Shown: positions 48,601 through 59,480 of the stretch, piece by piece
Position numbering within the stretch: the stretch's first letter is position 1
Layout: every line of letters begins with the position of its first letter
Assembly (NCBI GenBank): GCA_950097015.1
Contig: CATNEN010000011.1
Span: 620,001 to 684,000, forward strand
Reading direction: 5' to 3'
Length of the DNA: 64,000 nt
From: Macrostomum hystrix
Taxonomy: Eukaryota > Animalia > Platyhelminthes
The notes under the pieces: model-generated
Database searches by the model: none
What the model was told of the DNA's origin: nothing
The model's input: the letters and a program-made list of their open reading frames with translations, nothing else
Program-made: the position numbers and the translations under genes

Positions 48601-50055
48601 TCTGGAGCGTTCGGCGTCGGTCCGGGGAGCCGGTCCCGCCGTGTTGATGGGCGGCGGCGGCGGCGGAGGCGGCTTTATCGGCGGCTCGACTGCGGCTGCC
48701 CTGCTGGACCCTCCCGATAGCGGGCCGATGCTCGATTTGACCCACATTGTGCCACCGCCTCCTCCGACCACACTCACTCACAGCATGGCTACCGGTGAGA
48801 GATACACAAAGAAATTCAGGAATCTGAGGATTGCTAGTTTAGGAATCTGAGGATTGCTAGTTCATGAGTCTGAGGATTGCTAGTTCAGGAATCTGAGGAT
48901 TGCTAGTTCAGGAATCTGAGGATTTCTAGTTCAGGAATCTGAGGATTTCTAGTTCAGGAGTCTGAGGATTGCTAGTTCAGGAGTCTGAGGATTGCTAGTT
49001 CAGGAATCTGAGGATTGCTAGTTCAGGAATCTGAGGATTGCTAGTTCAGGAATCTGAGGATTTCTAGTTCAGGAATCTGAGGATTTCTAGTTCAGGAATC
49101 TGAGGATTGCTAGTTCAGGAGTCTGAGGATTTCTAGTTCAGGAGTATGAGGATTGCTCCCTTTAATCCCTTATATTCAAATAAACAAGGCGGTTAATTTC
49201 CATACGGCAATGTACTTTTGCACGTATTCTTTCTAGCTAAAGAGAGGCCTATCCTGCTAAGCTCACGGTAAGCTGCGCAGCTCTTCAGCCTAATTGAGCA
49301 GCTTGGCTCGAGGCTGGCTGACGAGAAAATGCGACTTGAGCTGCTCACCTCCCAATTGTAAATCGAATTCCCAAGGTCTTCAGATTTGATTAGCGACTGC
49401 CGCGATTGGCCGCAGAGCAGTACGCTGCTCTCTGCTCTATCAGGAATTCCCTGATTTTAGTGCACGAAAATTACACGCAGGGTTAGCTACTTAAAGTAGT
49501 GTGTAAAAAGCAGAATTCGCGTCGTCTAAAGAAAAAAAACAATTTTCTTAGAATATTAGCCATAGAAGTTTCCTAGAAGCCCATTTAAGTTTCTTAGACA
49601 CAAAATTCTTGTTTTCTATTAAGCTTAATTAAAATTAAAATTCTCTCGGGTTTCTAAAAAAATAATTTGTTAATTGTTCCACCACGCAAAGTCATGTGCC
49701 ATTTCAGATCTCTCGTCATATTTCTACTGTTAAAGAGAATCTGTTCACGAATAATTGTTTTTTAGAAAATTCCAGCTGCTTCCCTACAGCTTGACTTCAT
49801 TTGCAACTAAATTTATGGTTCTCCAAATCGTTCTTTTCTGTCTGTCATTTCTCCAGGCGGCAGTCTTGGTCGACCTGGCAAGCTGACCCAGTTGTCGCAC
49901 AGCTTGCAGCATGTCGACGGTACAACAACAGTCACCAATGCTACAATGCCTATGACAGCGGATGTTCAAACCGCTGCTTTGGCATTGCAGCAGCAACAAC
50001 AATTGCAGCAACAGCAGCAGCAGTTACAATTGCAGCAGCAACAGTTGCAGCTAAT

Positions 50056-50087
<32 letters not shown>

Positions 50088-50816
50088 CAGCTAGCTCGTC
50101 ATGGGCGCCAACTAGCATGTCGACCAGTATTGTGAATTCAACGTCAGCTAATCAGGCCAGCGCAATGATAAATGCTAACCAGCATCAGCAGCGAATGGAT
50201 GATGAGCATAGGCTCATTGCAAGGTTTGTTCTTTTTTGTTAGCGCTCGTGTTGGTAACTCTTTAACTTGTAATAATTTTAACTATAAGCTTTTCGAGAAT
50301 AACTGGTGGAACTCCTTCTGAGGAACTTTACACAACCCGACTCCTCATTTTCCGTGGCAGGTACGCAGCCGCTCTTCAATTAAACGGCGGTGGCATTACA
50401 GGTCCTGCGGCGGCGGCGGCAGCGGCGGGCACGTCAGCTGACCTGGCGCAAGCTCGCGCCCAGGAGAGAAAAATTCGCGAATTAGAGCGTCAAAATGAGC
50501 GCATGTTGGCTGAAATTGAACAGCTGAAGCTGCAGTCAGCACAGCTGCGCGAACAGCAGAGCCACAGCCAGGATCAGCTGATCATCAATCAGAACAGCCT
50601 CCTAGGCGAGCTGCGGCATCTGCGCCAGCGCAAGGATCAGCTGGAGGATCGAATGGGCCGCCTGCAGGAGTCGCGCCGAGATCTGATGCAGCAGCTGGAG
50701 CAGCTGATGGCCAGACTGTCTATGGCCGACAACTATTATCGAGCGCAGTCGGCCGCTGCTGCTGCCGCAGCCGCTGCTTCGTCTCGTTCAGTGCCATCTG
50801 GCATACCGATGCTCAT

Positions 50817-50853
<37 letters not shown>

Positions 50854-51042
50854 TATGCTCAGCAGTATGCCCAGCATCATCAGCTAATTCATCCCTACCA
50901 TAGTTTGCAGTTCCACCCGCAGCAGCAGCAGCAGCAGCAAGATCCAGTCAGACACCTATTTCATGCAGCGGATGATGTTTCAACCGCAATTGGTGGTCTA
51001 GTGGAAGAGTTGCAACAATTGCAGTACTCTGCTGAGGACTGA
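39623..51042 (+). CDS. Dyb: Dystrobrevin (exons 39623-40518, 48449-48794, 49857-50223, 50361-51042; start exon not located)
   Basis: LDRIRFAAYRTAMKLRFIQ, LHLVD, KPMDKLRY (EF-hand region), ZZ finger HPVRCSVC..GFRYKCQQC..LCQECFW..H...HEVKEYTSW, DDEHRLIARYA, coiled coil LRQRKDQLEDRMGRLQESRRDLMQQLEQL. Splice phases are consistent. Confidence 0.92.
40750..41177. repeat. 42-bp minisatellite (~10 units) in dystrobrevin intron
   Basis: Unit ataatcctaagataatcgatcccaagattagctatcccattc with period 42 (40801 to 40843). Confidence 0.95.
45105..45400 (-). mobile_element. 5'-truncated copy of the tRNA-derived SINE-like family
   Basis: Reverse complement matches the body and tail of the 2150-2495 copy. The B box is retained (AGCTCGATTCC) and the A box is missing. 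Confidence 0.7.
48818..49157. repeat. 23-bp minisatellite (~14 units)
   Basis: Unit tgaggattgctagttcaggaatc. Confidence 0.95.
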
Positions 51043-51111
51043 GTGCTGTCTGTGGGGACGCTTTTCTCATATTTTCCCTGCTCTAAGCAACAGAAATCAT
51101 TTCGGGTAAAT

Positions 51112-51325
51112 TGAGTAGATCAGCTGTTAAATCCCATGAATCTTCAGTACATCAGCTGTTAAATCCCATGAATATTCAGTAGATCAGCTGTTAAATCCCA
51201 TGAATCTTCAGTAGATCAGCTGTTAAATCCCATGAATCTTCAGTAGATCAGCTGTTAAATCCCCTGAATCTTCAGTAGATCAGCTCATAAATCCCCTGAA
51301 TCTTCAGTAGATCAGCTGTTAAAGC
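51112..51325. repeat. 32-bp minisatellite (~7 units)
   Basis: Unit cagtagatcagctgttaaatcccatgaatctt. Confidence 0.93.
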
Positions 51326-51611
51326 CTAATACCCTGATATTGTTTTTATCTACGCATATCTGAATATTTTACGCAATCTTATTTTTACGTTTGTTAAATA
51401 AGGCGCCGCGTTTTTTATCTTTGCTCACTCAATCACCCAATATCTACCTTTGTTAACGATTCTATATTATTGATAAACTATTTTTCATTTAGCGCAAATT
51501 ATTAGTAAGCCTTTTAGGTTGTCTAATGCTCAGATACCGAATATTGCTTGCGACTGCCGTATACAATATCTCACTGCCATTACTCAATAAAATTTTTCCC
51601 CTCTCTTCCAC

Positions 51612-51897
51612 CTAACTTTCTCACACCTCTTCCGCTAACTTTCTCACACCTCTTCCGCTAACTTTCTCACACCTCTTCCGCTAACTTTCTCACACCTCTT
51701 CCGCTAACTTTCTCACACCTCTTCCGCTAACTTTCTCACACCTCTTCCGCTAACTTTCTCACACCTCTTCCGCTAACTTTCTCACACCTCTTCCGCTAAC
51801 TTTCTCACACCTCTTCCGCTAACTTTCTCACACCTCTTCCGCTAACTTTCTCACACCTCTTCCGCTAACTTTCTCACACCTCTCCCCCTAACTTTCT
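51612..51897. repeat. 23-bp pyrimidine-rich minisatellite (~12 units)
   Basis: Unit ctaactttctcacacctcttccg. Confidence 0.95.
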
Positions 51898-53997
51898 CGC
51901 CCCCTCTCTTTAACTATCTTTCCTCCTGTTATCTTTCTTTCCACTCTTTCTCACCCAGTTTCTTAGACCTATTTAAACTGATCTATCCTGTCTTTCTACT
52001 GTGAAATCTCTTTATTTTTAAGACGCAACGGTTTTTTATTGTTGCTTAATTCATTTTTCTTTAATCCCAAAAGCAACGATATATATTTTCTCATACTAAA
52101 TTCTTGGTTCTAGGTTGTTAAAAGTCGCTATATTTTGAGTAGTTTTTGCAATTTTCACATACAAATCTAGCTTGTTGCTGCATAATAGGAAGCTAATTTT
52201 TAGCATATCATTGCGACTTTCTGTCGCAATTGAGTGCTTTGTTGTATTACTTCTACTGTAAGTAGTATTCGTGTAGATTTAGATTTTTTAATTTATTTTT
52301 TTTTACTTTCACTTCGAAAGTTATTTCTGTGTAACATCAAACATGTTGCACACATATTGTGTACGTCGTTTTAACTCTTATTAATTAATTATTATTTCTT
52401 ATTTCTACTCGTAGCTAGTCACTTACTATTTCTTGTCGTTAATAAAAAAATGTTTCTGAAACTGCTGCCATATTTTCCGCACTCAAACCTGCCCAGCTTA
52501 TTTCAAAGTAGATTTTTCCTGAGAGCACATTTCTATTTATAGATTAGCGTTTTTGCTTCTTTTCTACTAACCACAGCTTAGTATAAGTAGTCACTACACA
52601 TTTTAATTGATAGGCGTAGCAATTTTTTAGAATTTTGACCAGATATTATCTTATCGACTTGCAAAAACTGTTCATTTGTTTTCTTTGTTAACCGTAATCT
52701 GGCAACGAGTGTTAACCGTGTTTTGCATTTTCTGTCTTGTGTAAATTTAAGGTATATTTTACTATTGCGACTTAGTAAAATTATAACAAATTATTTGTGC
52801 AACTAAAAGTGCAGCTGAACTCAAGTTTGTGTATCATCTCTGTCTGCTTAATTATCATTCCTTTTTCTGGCTATAATTACTTTGCAAGTTATCGAAATTA
52901 GATTTATAAAAAAACGGATTATAACTAAATAAGTTATCACTTTGAGCTTAATATATATAATTGTGCAACGAATAATTGTTCACTTTTGTGTAAATTTGCT
53001 TTAAATTTTGTTTTATATTCAACAGTCAATTCTTTTCTTTGCTCTTGGTTATTTAGTCAATAAAGTATAGGGGTTGTGGGTCCGGGGTTGAAGGTCCGGG
53101 GTTCGATTCGCGACTGACTCCACTGGAACAACTTGTGTCTGCTAAAAAGCTTATTCCGTAGTCAGATATTCGATGGAAGCTAATTCCATGATAGTCAGAT
53201 ATTCGATGGAAGCTAATTCCATGATAGTCAGATATTCGTTAGATAGCTCGTATATTAGAGAATAATTTCTGCAAATCCTATTGTTGTGGACATTTGACAT
53301 TTTAGCGCAGAGAAAAAGAGACATTTGAGAGTAAAAACAATTCGTTTGAATGCAATATACAAAGCGAAGCGAAGCATCCACCTGTTAAAAATGCCACAAT
53401 TCTTCTTTCGCCTGCAATGGCGAGAGAGATTAAGCTTCGGGGTGAGGTTCGGTTGCCGCCAAGCCGCGCTTAGAGACGCAGCTAGCTATTCCCACAATTC
53501 GCCCTCCAGTCTGTTGCCAAGGGCTACCAGTCGAACGCAAACCTCAGCAGTATTTTAGCTTCTATCTCAGGGGGCAGGTTAGAACTCAAAGGTTTATACA
53601 AATTTCTTGCTTTTATTTTCTATTGAACTTCAACTATCTCTCTTTCTGTCTATCTGCTTGAGTAGGACTCATTGTCTCAGTAGCACTCAGCTTCTCAAGA
53701 AACTCTTCATCACAGCAGCTGTTCATAGTCAGCCAGCCAGTTGTACTCAAAATCTTCTCAATTTTCTATTCGGTGTCAAAGCTATTATATATAGCCAGTT
53801 AGACTAGAAGTGCAGAAGGCGTTAAACTCTGCCTGCGTAGTTGCTGCACAGGTTCATTCACCTGACAGGAGAGCTTCAACATCTTTGACTAAATGAACTC
53901 GGCAGCTGTCGACACCGCCGTTCGGCGGCCGAAGACTGCTGGAGCAGGAGCTTTTAAGACGAGCGGCGGCAGGTTGCTGAGGAGGTCAGAGCCACCA

Positions 53998-54597
53998 GGA
54001 CAGTTTTGAGATCGCTGTCTAACAGCTTTTAGAACCAGAGTAACAGTTTTGAGATCGCTGTCTAACAGCTTTTAGAACCAGTGCAACAATTTTGAGATCG
54101 CTGTCTAACAGCTTTTAGAACCAGAGTAACAGTTTTGAGATCGCTGTCTAACAGCTTTTAGAACCAGTGCAACAATTTTGAGATCGCTGTCTAACAGCTT
54201 TTAGAACCAGAGTAACAGTTTTGAGATCGCTGTCTAACAGCTTTTAGAACCAGTGCAACAATTTTGAGATCGCTGTCTAACAGCTTTTAGAACCAGAGTA
54301 GCAATTTTGAGATCGCTCTCTAACAGCTTTTAGAACCAGATTAACAGTTTTGAGACCGATGTCTAACAGCTTTTAGAACCACAGTAACAGTTTTGAGATC
54401 GCTGTATAACAGCTTTTAGAACCAGAGTAGCAATTTTGAGATCGCTCTCTAACAGCTTTTAGAACCAGAGTTACAGTTTTGAGACCGATGTCTAAAAGCT
54501 TTTAGAACCAGATTAACAGTTTTGAGACCGATGTCTAACAGCTTTTAGAACCAGAGTAACAGTTTTGAGATCGCTGCCTAACATATTTTAGAACCAA
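53998..54597. repeat. 43-bp minisatellite (~14 units)
   Basis: Unit cagttttgagatcgctgtctaacagcttttagaaccagagtaa. Confidence 0.95.
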
Positions 54598-54898
54598 ACC
54601 TTCTTACTAGGGAGCTATTGAACGCAGCAAATTATTTTTCCCAAACCTTTCTCTACCCTATGCTTAGATCCTAGCCATCTCAGTCAACTGAGTCAACAGA
54701 AAGATGAAAGAAAGCAGAAGTGCTCAAATTTCCACAGCTAACATCTAAGAGCAAAATTAAAGTTTGCCTAGACATTGTTTGTATATGACTCTGAGCTTAC
54801 TATGGTTATGAGTAATAAGTTATGCTATGCATGAGTCATATCTGATTGCTAATCAAGCATCGCCAATGGAATTCTCACCGCCAATTGCGAACCGGCAG

Positions 54899-57800
54899 GT
54901 CCGGCTCCCAGATGTCGCTCAGGTCAACCGCCGAGGACACCTGCTGGCCCCAGTACGTGCCCATCCGACGGGTGCCCAGCGCTATGAAGAGGAATATTGA
55001 GATTCAGGTAGGCTGAGGTCTGGGGGTAGACGGAGAGTTAAATAGAGTGGAGAATAAGAGTAGAGCGTAGAATAGAGTAGCGGGGACATTAAAGTCGATT
55101 GGTAATTTAAGTAAAGGGGATATTTGAGTAGAGCGGAGATTTGAGTAGAGTGGAAATGGGAGTAGAGCGGAGATTTGAGTAGAGCAGAGATTTGAGTAGA
55201 GTGGAGATTTGAGTAGAGTGGAGATTTGAGTAGAGCCGAGATTTGAGTAGAGTGGGAATGGGAGTAGAGCGGAGATTTGAGTAGAGCAGAGATTTGAGTA
55301 GAGTGGAGATTTGAGTAGAGTGAAGATTTGAGTAGAGTGGGAATGGGAGTAGAGCGGAGATTTGAGTAGAGCAGAGATTTGAGTAGAGTGGAGATTTGAG
55401 TAGAGTGGAGATTTGAGTAGAGCCGAGATTTGAGTAGAGTGGGAATGGGAGTAGAGCGGAGATTTGAGTAGAGCAGAGATATGAGTAGAGTGGAGATTTG
55501 AGTAGAGTGGAGATTTGAGTAGAGCCGAGATTTGAGTAGAGTGGGAATGGGAGTAGAGCGGAGATTTGAGTAGAGCAGAGATTTGAGTAGAGTGGAGATT
55601 TGAGTAGAGTGAAGATTTGAGTAGAGTGGGAATGGGAGTAGAGCGGAGATTTGAGTAGAGCAGAGATTTGAGTAGAGTGGAGATTTGAGTAGAGTGGAGA
55701 TTTGAGTAGAGTGGAGATTTGAGTAGAGCCGAGATTTGAGTAGAGTGGGAATGGGAGTAGAGCGGAGATTTGAGTAGAGTGGGAATGGGAGTAGAGCGGA
55801 GATTTGAGTAGAGCAGAGATTTGAGTAGAGTGGAGATTTGAGTAGAGTGAAGATTTGAGTAGAGTGGGAATGGGAGTAGAGCGGAGATTTGAGTAGAGCA
55901 GAGATTTGAGTAGAGTGGAGATTTGAGTAGAGTGGAGATTTGAGTAGAGCCGAGATTTGAGTAGAGTGGGAATGGGAGTAGAGCGGAGATTTGAGTAGAG
56001 CAGAGATTTGAGTAGAGTGGAGATTTGAGTAGAGTGGAGATTCGAGTAGAGCCGAGATTTGAGTAGAGTGGAAATTTAAATAAAGAGATGTGAGTAGAAT
56101 GGGGATGGGATTTGGAGATTTGAGTAGATTGGGGATGAGAGTAGAGCGGAGATTTGAGTTGAGGGAAGATTTGAGTAGAGCCGAGATTTGAGTAGAGTGG
56201 AGATTTGAGTAGAGCCGAGATTTGAGTAGAGTGGAAATTTGAGTAGAGCCGAGATTTGAGTAGAGTGGGAATGGGAGTCGAGGGGAGATTTGAGTAGAGG
56301 GGGGATTTGAGTAGAGGGGAGATTTAAGTAGACTGGGGATGGGAGTAGAGTGGAGATTTCAGTTGAAGGGAGATTTGAGTAGAGCGGAGATTTGAGTCGA
56401 GGGGAGATTTGAGTAGAGCAGATATTTGAGTAGAGCAGAGATTTGAGTAGAGTGGGAATGGGAGTCGAGGGGAGATTTGAGTAGAGGGGAGATTTGAGTA
56501 GAGGGGAGATTTGAGTAGAGCAGAGATTTGAGTAGAGGGGGGATTTGAGTAGAGCAGAGATTCAAATAGAGTGGAGATTTGAATAAAGAAAAGATTTGAG
56601 TAGATTGGGGATGGGAGTAGAGCAGAGATTTCAGTTGAGGGAAGATTTGAGTAGAGCAGAGATTTGAGTAGAGCAGAGATTTGAGAAGAGGGAGATTTGA
56701 GTAGAGCAGAGATTTGAGCAGATTGGGATGGGAGTAGAGGGAGATTTGAGTTGAGGGGAGATATGAGTAAAGCGGAGATTTGAGTAGAGTGGGGTTCGAT
56801 TAGAGGGGAGATTTCAGTAAGAAGGAGATCTAAATAGCGGCTAGATTTGAAAAGAGGGATACCGGAGGCAGATCTAAAATTTGTACATTCGAGTCACTTC
56901 AAAAGAGAGCGTACAAACTCGCAACCCACCCCCAGACTGACGTAGGCCTGCCGTCAGCCATGGGCGTGAGCAGTGGTCAGGGCACTGTTGAACAGCTGCA
57001 GCCGGGTGGTGGCGCGCTCTTCTACCCATACTTTGTGCCAGGAGTCCAGAGCTCAAACCAGCAGCAAGAGCAACAGCAGCAGCACCAGCACCAGCCGCCG
57101 TTTGTACTATTGTCGCCGTGGCAACTGCCTGGCTACCAGAATCTGCCAGTTCTGGACGCTTCGCAGCTGCGGCTGCTGGAGCCGGTGCTGCAGCAGGCCC
57201 GGGCAGGCGGTTCGCAGCCGCATCCGCTGGACGGAGCTCCGATTTATCGCTCCGGTCGCAACGGCAGCTGCTGGAGGCACGTGAGACAATGCACTGGCAA
57301 CCTCGGCAACAACATCATGTTTATCGATGGTAAGGCTCGCATGGAGACAAAAATAAGATGGCATGTTATCTGCTAGACATGATACACATGATCTTTCACA
57401 CGAAATGACCCCACGACACAATGTCCACAAGACACAATCTCTACAACAAGACACAATGTCCCCAAGACACATTGTCCTCAAGACACAATGTCCCCCAAGA
57501 CACAATGTCCTCAACACACAATGTCCTCAAGACACAATGTCCTCAACACACAATGTCCTCAAGACACAATGTCCTCAACACACAATGTCCTCAGCACACA
57601 ATGTCCTCAGCACACAATGTCCTCAACACACAATGTCCCTGCAGATAAGTCAAGTAAGTCAGTCCCCAAAACACAATGTCCTTCAGACACAATATCCTCC
57701 AGTCGCAACATCCCGAACCCGAAGGTCACGTGAAGGAGGAGGACTGCCGCAGGTTTCCGCCGCACGGCTATCCGGGCTCCTCGGCAGCCGGCGGCCTTAG
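54899..57800 (+). CDS. Putative spliced orphan gene (candidate exons ~54899-55007, 56936-57329, 57703-57800), Gln/Pro-rich, function unknown
   Basis: GC-rich open segments with phase-compatible junctions CAG|gtagg...cccag|ACT and GAT G|gtaagg...ctccag|TC. No recognisable domain and start exon uncertain. Confidence 0.45.
55121..56820. repeat. 17-bp purine-rich minisatellite (~100 units) with higher-order variants
   Basis: Unit gagatttgagtagagtg. A variant gggaatgggagtagag recurs every 5-6 units in the first half. Confidence 0.96.
57413..57690. repeat. 16-bp minisatellite
   Basis: Unit ca(a/g)(c/g)acacaatgtcct. Confidence 0.9.
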
Positions 57801-58279
57801 TGTCCACAGTCGGCTGGCTCCGAAGGCGCAGCCGCGCAACGCCGCGGGAATTCCGTTGGGCAGCTTGGCCGGCTCGAGGACCGGCGATTTGTACAGATCT
57901 CAGGCTCTTGAAAGGGCCAAATCCGGTACGAAGTACTGGTTTGAGGATCGGCAGGCCGCGCCGCGTGAGGCACTCTACTTTCTACTTTAAGTAGTGCAGT
58001 TTGAGTTTGACGGAACAGAAACTCGAAAATATACATCAAATTGCATTTCAGTGGTGCCCAACACAATCCAGGGTCGAATTATGAAGTCTGGTTCTGCTTA
58101 TTGAAACTCTACTTACAAAACGGCGAAAAAAGTTGAGATTTTGTTATAAATTTCCCATTTATGTTTGTGTTCTTTCTATAGTTTTAGCTAAACCAGGAGC
58201 AGAAAATTCTCCAGTCGTATTAGTTACTGTATATTAAACCGAGATTTTTCTCAGTTCTTTTTCTTGCTATTTTCTAAAG

Positions 58280-58470
58280 GGGTGGATGTAGCCAAGCTCA
58301 TGACCTCTTCTGGAACAGAAGAGTTCCAGACTTCTGGCCAAGAGGTCGGGGGTTCGAATCGCAGAAAAATTGAAGCAAGTAGCAACATCGATTGCAGCAT
58401 TAGCTGGGGTAGAAATTTGGGTGGGTGGGTAGCCCCAGTCCATGGACTGAATAGTCCAGTACACAGCCTT
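58280..58470 (+). mobile_element. Second tRNA-like SINE remnant
   Basis: A-box-like TAGCCAAGC and B box GGTTCGAATC, but no convincing cloverleaf. The tail (gggtgggt..ccagtccatggactgaa) resembles the reverse complement of ~2055-2110. Confidence 0.45.
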
Positions 58471-58769
58471 TGCAAGTGATAACTGTTTTATCTATTATTT
58501 AGTTTTTTTATTTGCTCTTCTTCATACAGTAAAGTGTTCTAAATTATAGACGAAATACAAAGAGCAACAGTTAAAAGGCCTGACGACCATTGTTCTATTG
58601 TTCTATTGTTCTATTGTTCTATCCGCCACGTTTATTTTTTTTCTTTTGTCGAAAAATAAAAGTTTATAGTTTATTTTTTTGAACAAAAAATTTGTCGAAA
58701 GACTTTTGTCATGAGGAAAGGACACTAGGGGATATTTCAAATACGAGTACTCACTGCCTACTTCGAATC

Positions 58770-59035
58770 CTGAGCACACACGCACACAGATACTGTACGC
58801 AGGCACACGCTCACACTGTTAAGTGTACATCTGTCCTGACTTTCTCATCGTCAGGCAGTGCACACATAACTGTGCCTTGGAGGTTGGCCCTCAAGGGCGT
58901 AAATTGCACGACAAGCCCCCAAGCCTTCTCTCCGCGGCTGCGCCCCAAATGAATGTGGCCTCGCCGTGGAATCGAACTTAAAGGACCGTGGTGCGAGAGG
59001 CAAACGCGTTAACCGCTCTGCCACCGACGCCCATG
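58770..59035 (-). mobile_element. tRNA-derived SINE-like copy with the best-preserved Pol III boxes
   Basis: Minus strand reads TGGCAGAGCGG (A box)...AGTTCGATTCC (B box), followed by the family body. Confidence 0.75.
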
Positions 59036-59480
59036 CCACCGTACTTTCATGTTGATTGATTGAATATTTTAGGAGATACAGTAAGAAGAAAAGTTTGGGT
59101 ATCTGACATACAACCGTGTGATGCTAAAAATTGGACACAGAAAGAAGTAAAAACCAAAGTCTTTAAGCAAAGCGGCCAACTGAGGCGAATTTATATTTCT
59201 AAAGATGTATTAGCGAGTCTCTATTTTATATCAAGGTGAAGCCGCGTAGTCACAAATTGTTGGGTGCAGTTTAATCTGTTTCGCGTGCTCGCTACAGCCA
59301 TTCGCAAAATCGAAATCATGCCTTAAGACACGCCCTCAGTGCCTGCTGGGAGATTTAGTTAATTGTTAATTTATTCTGCAGTCAACCTTGCTAATATGGT
59401 GGAGATGTTTTTTGCTAAATGTTCAAAAAGTGCAATTTTTTTCTTTCATCGCTACTTGAAGTAGTCTGATTGAGAACTGT

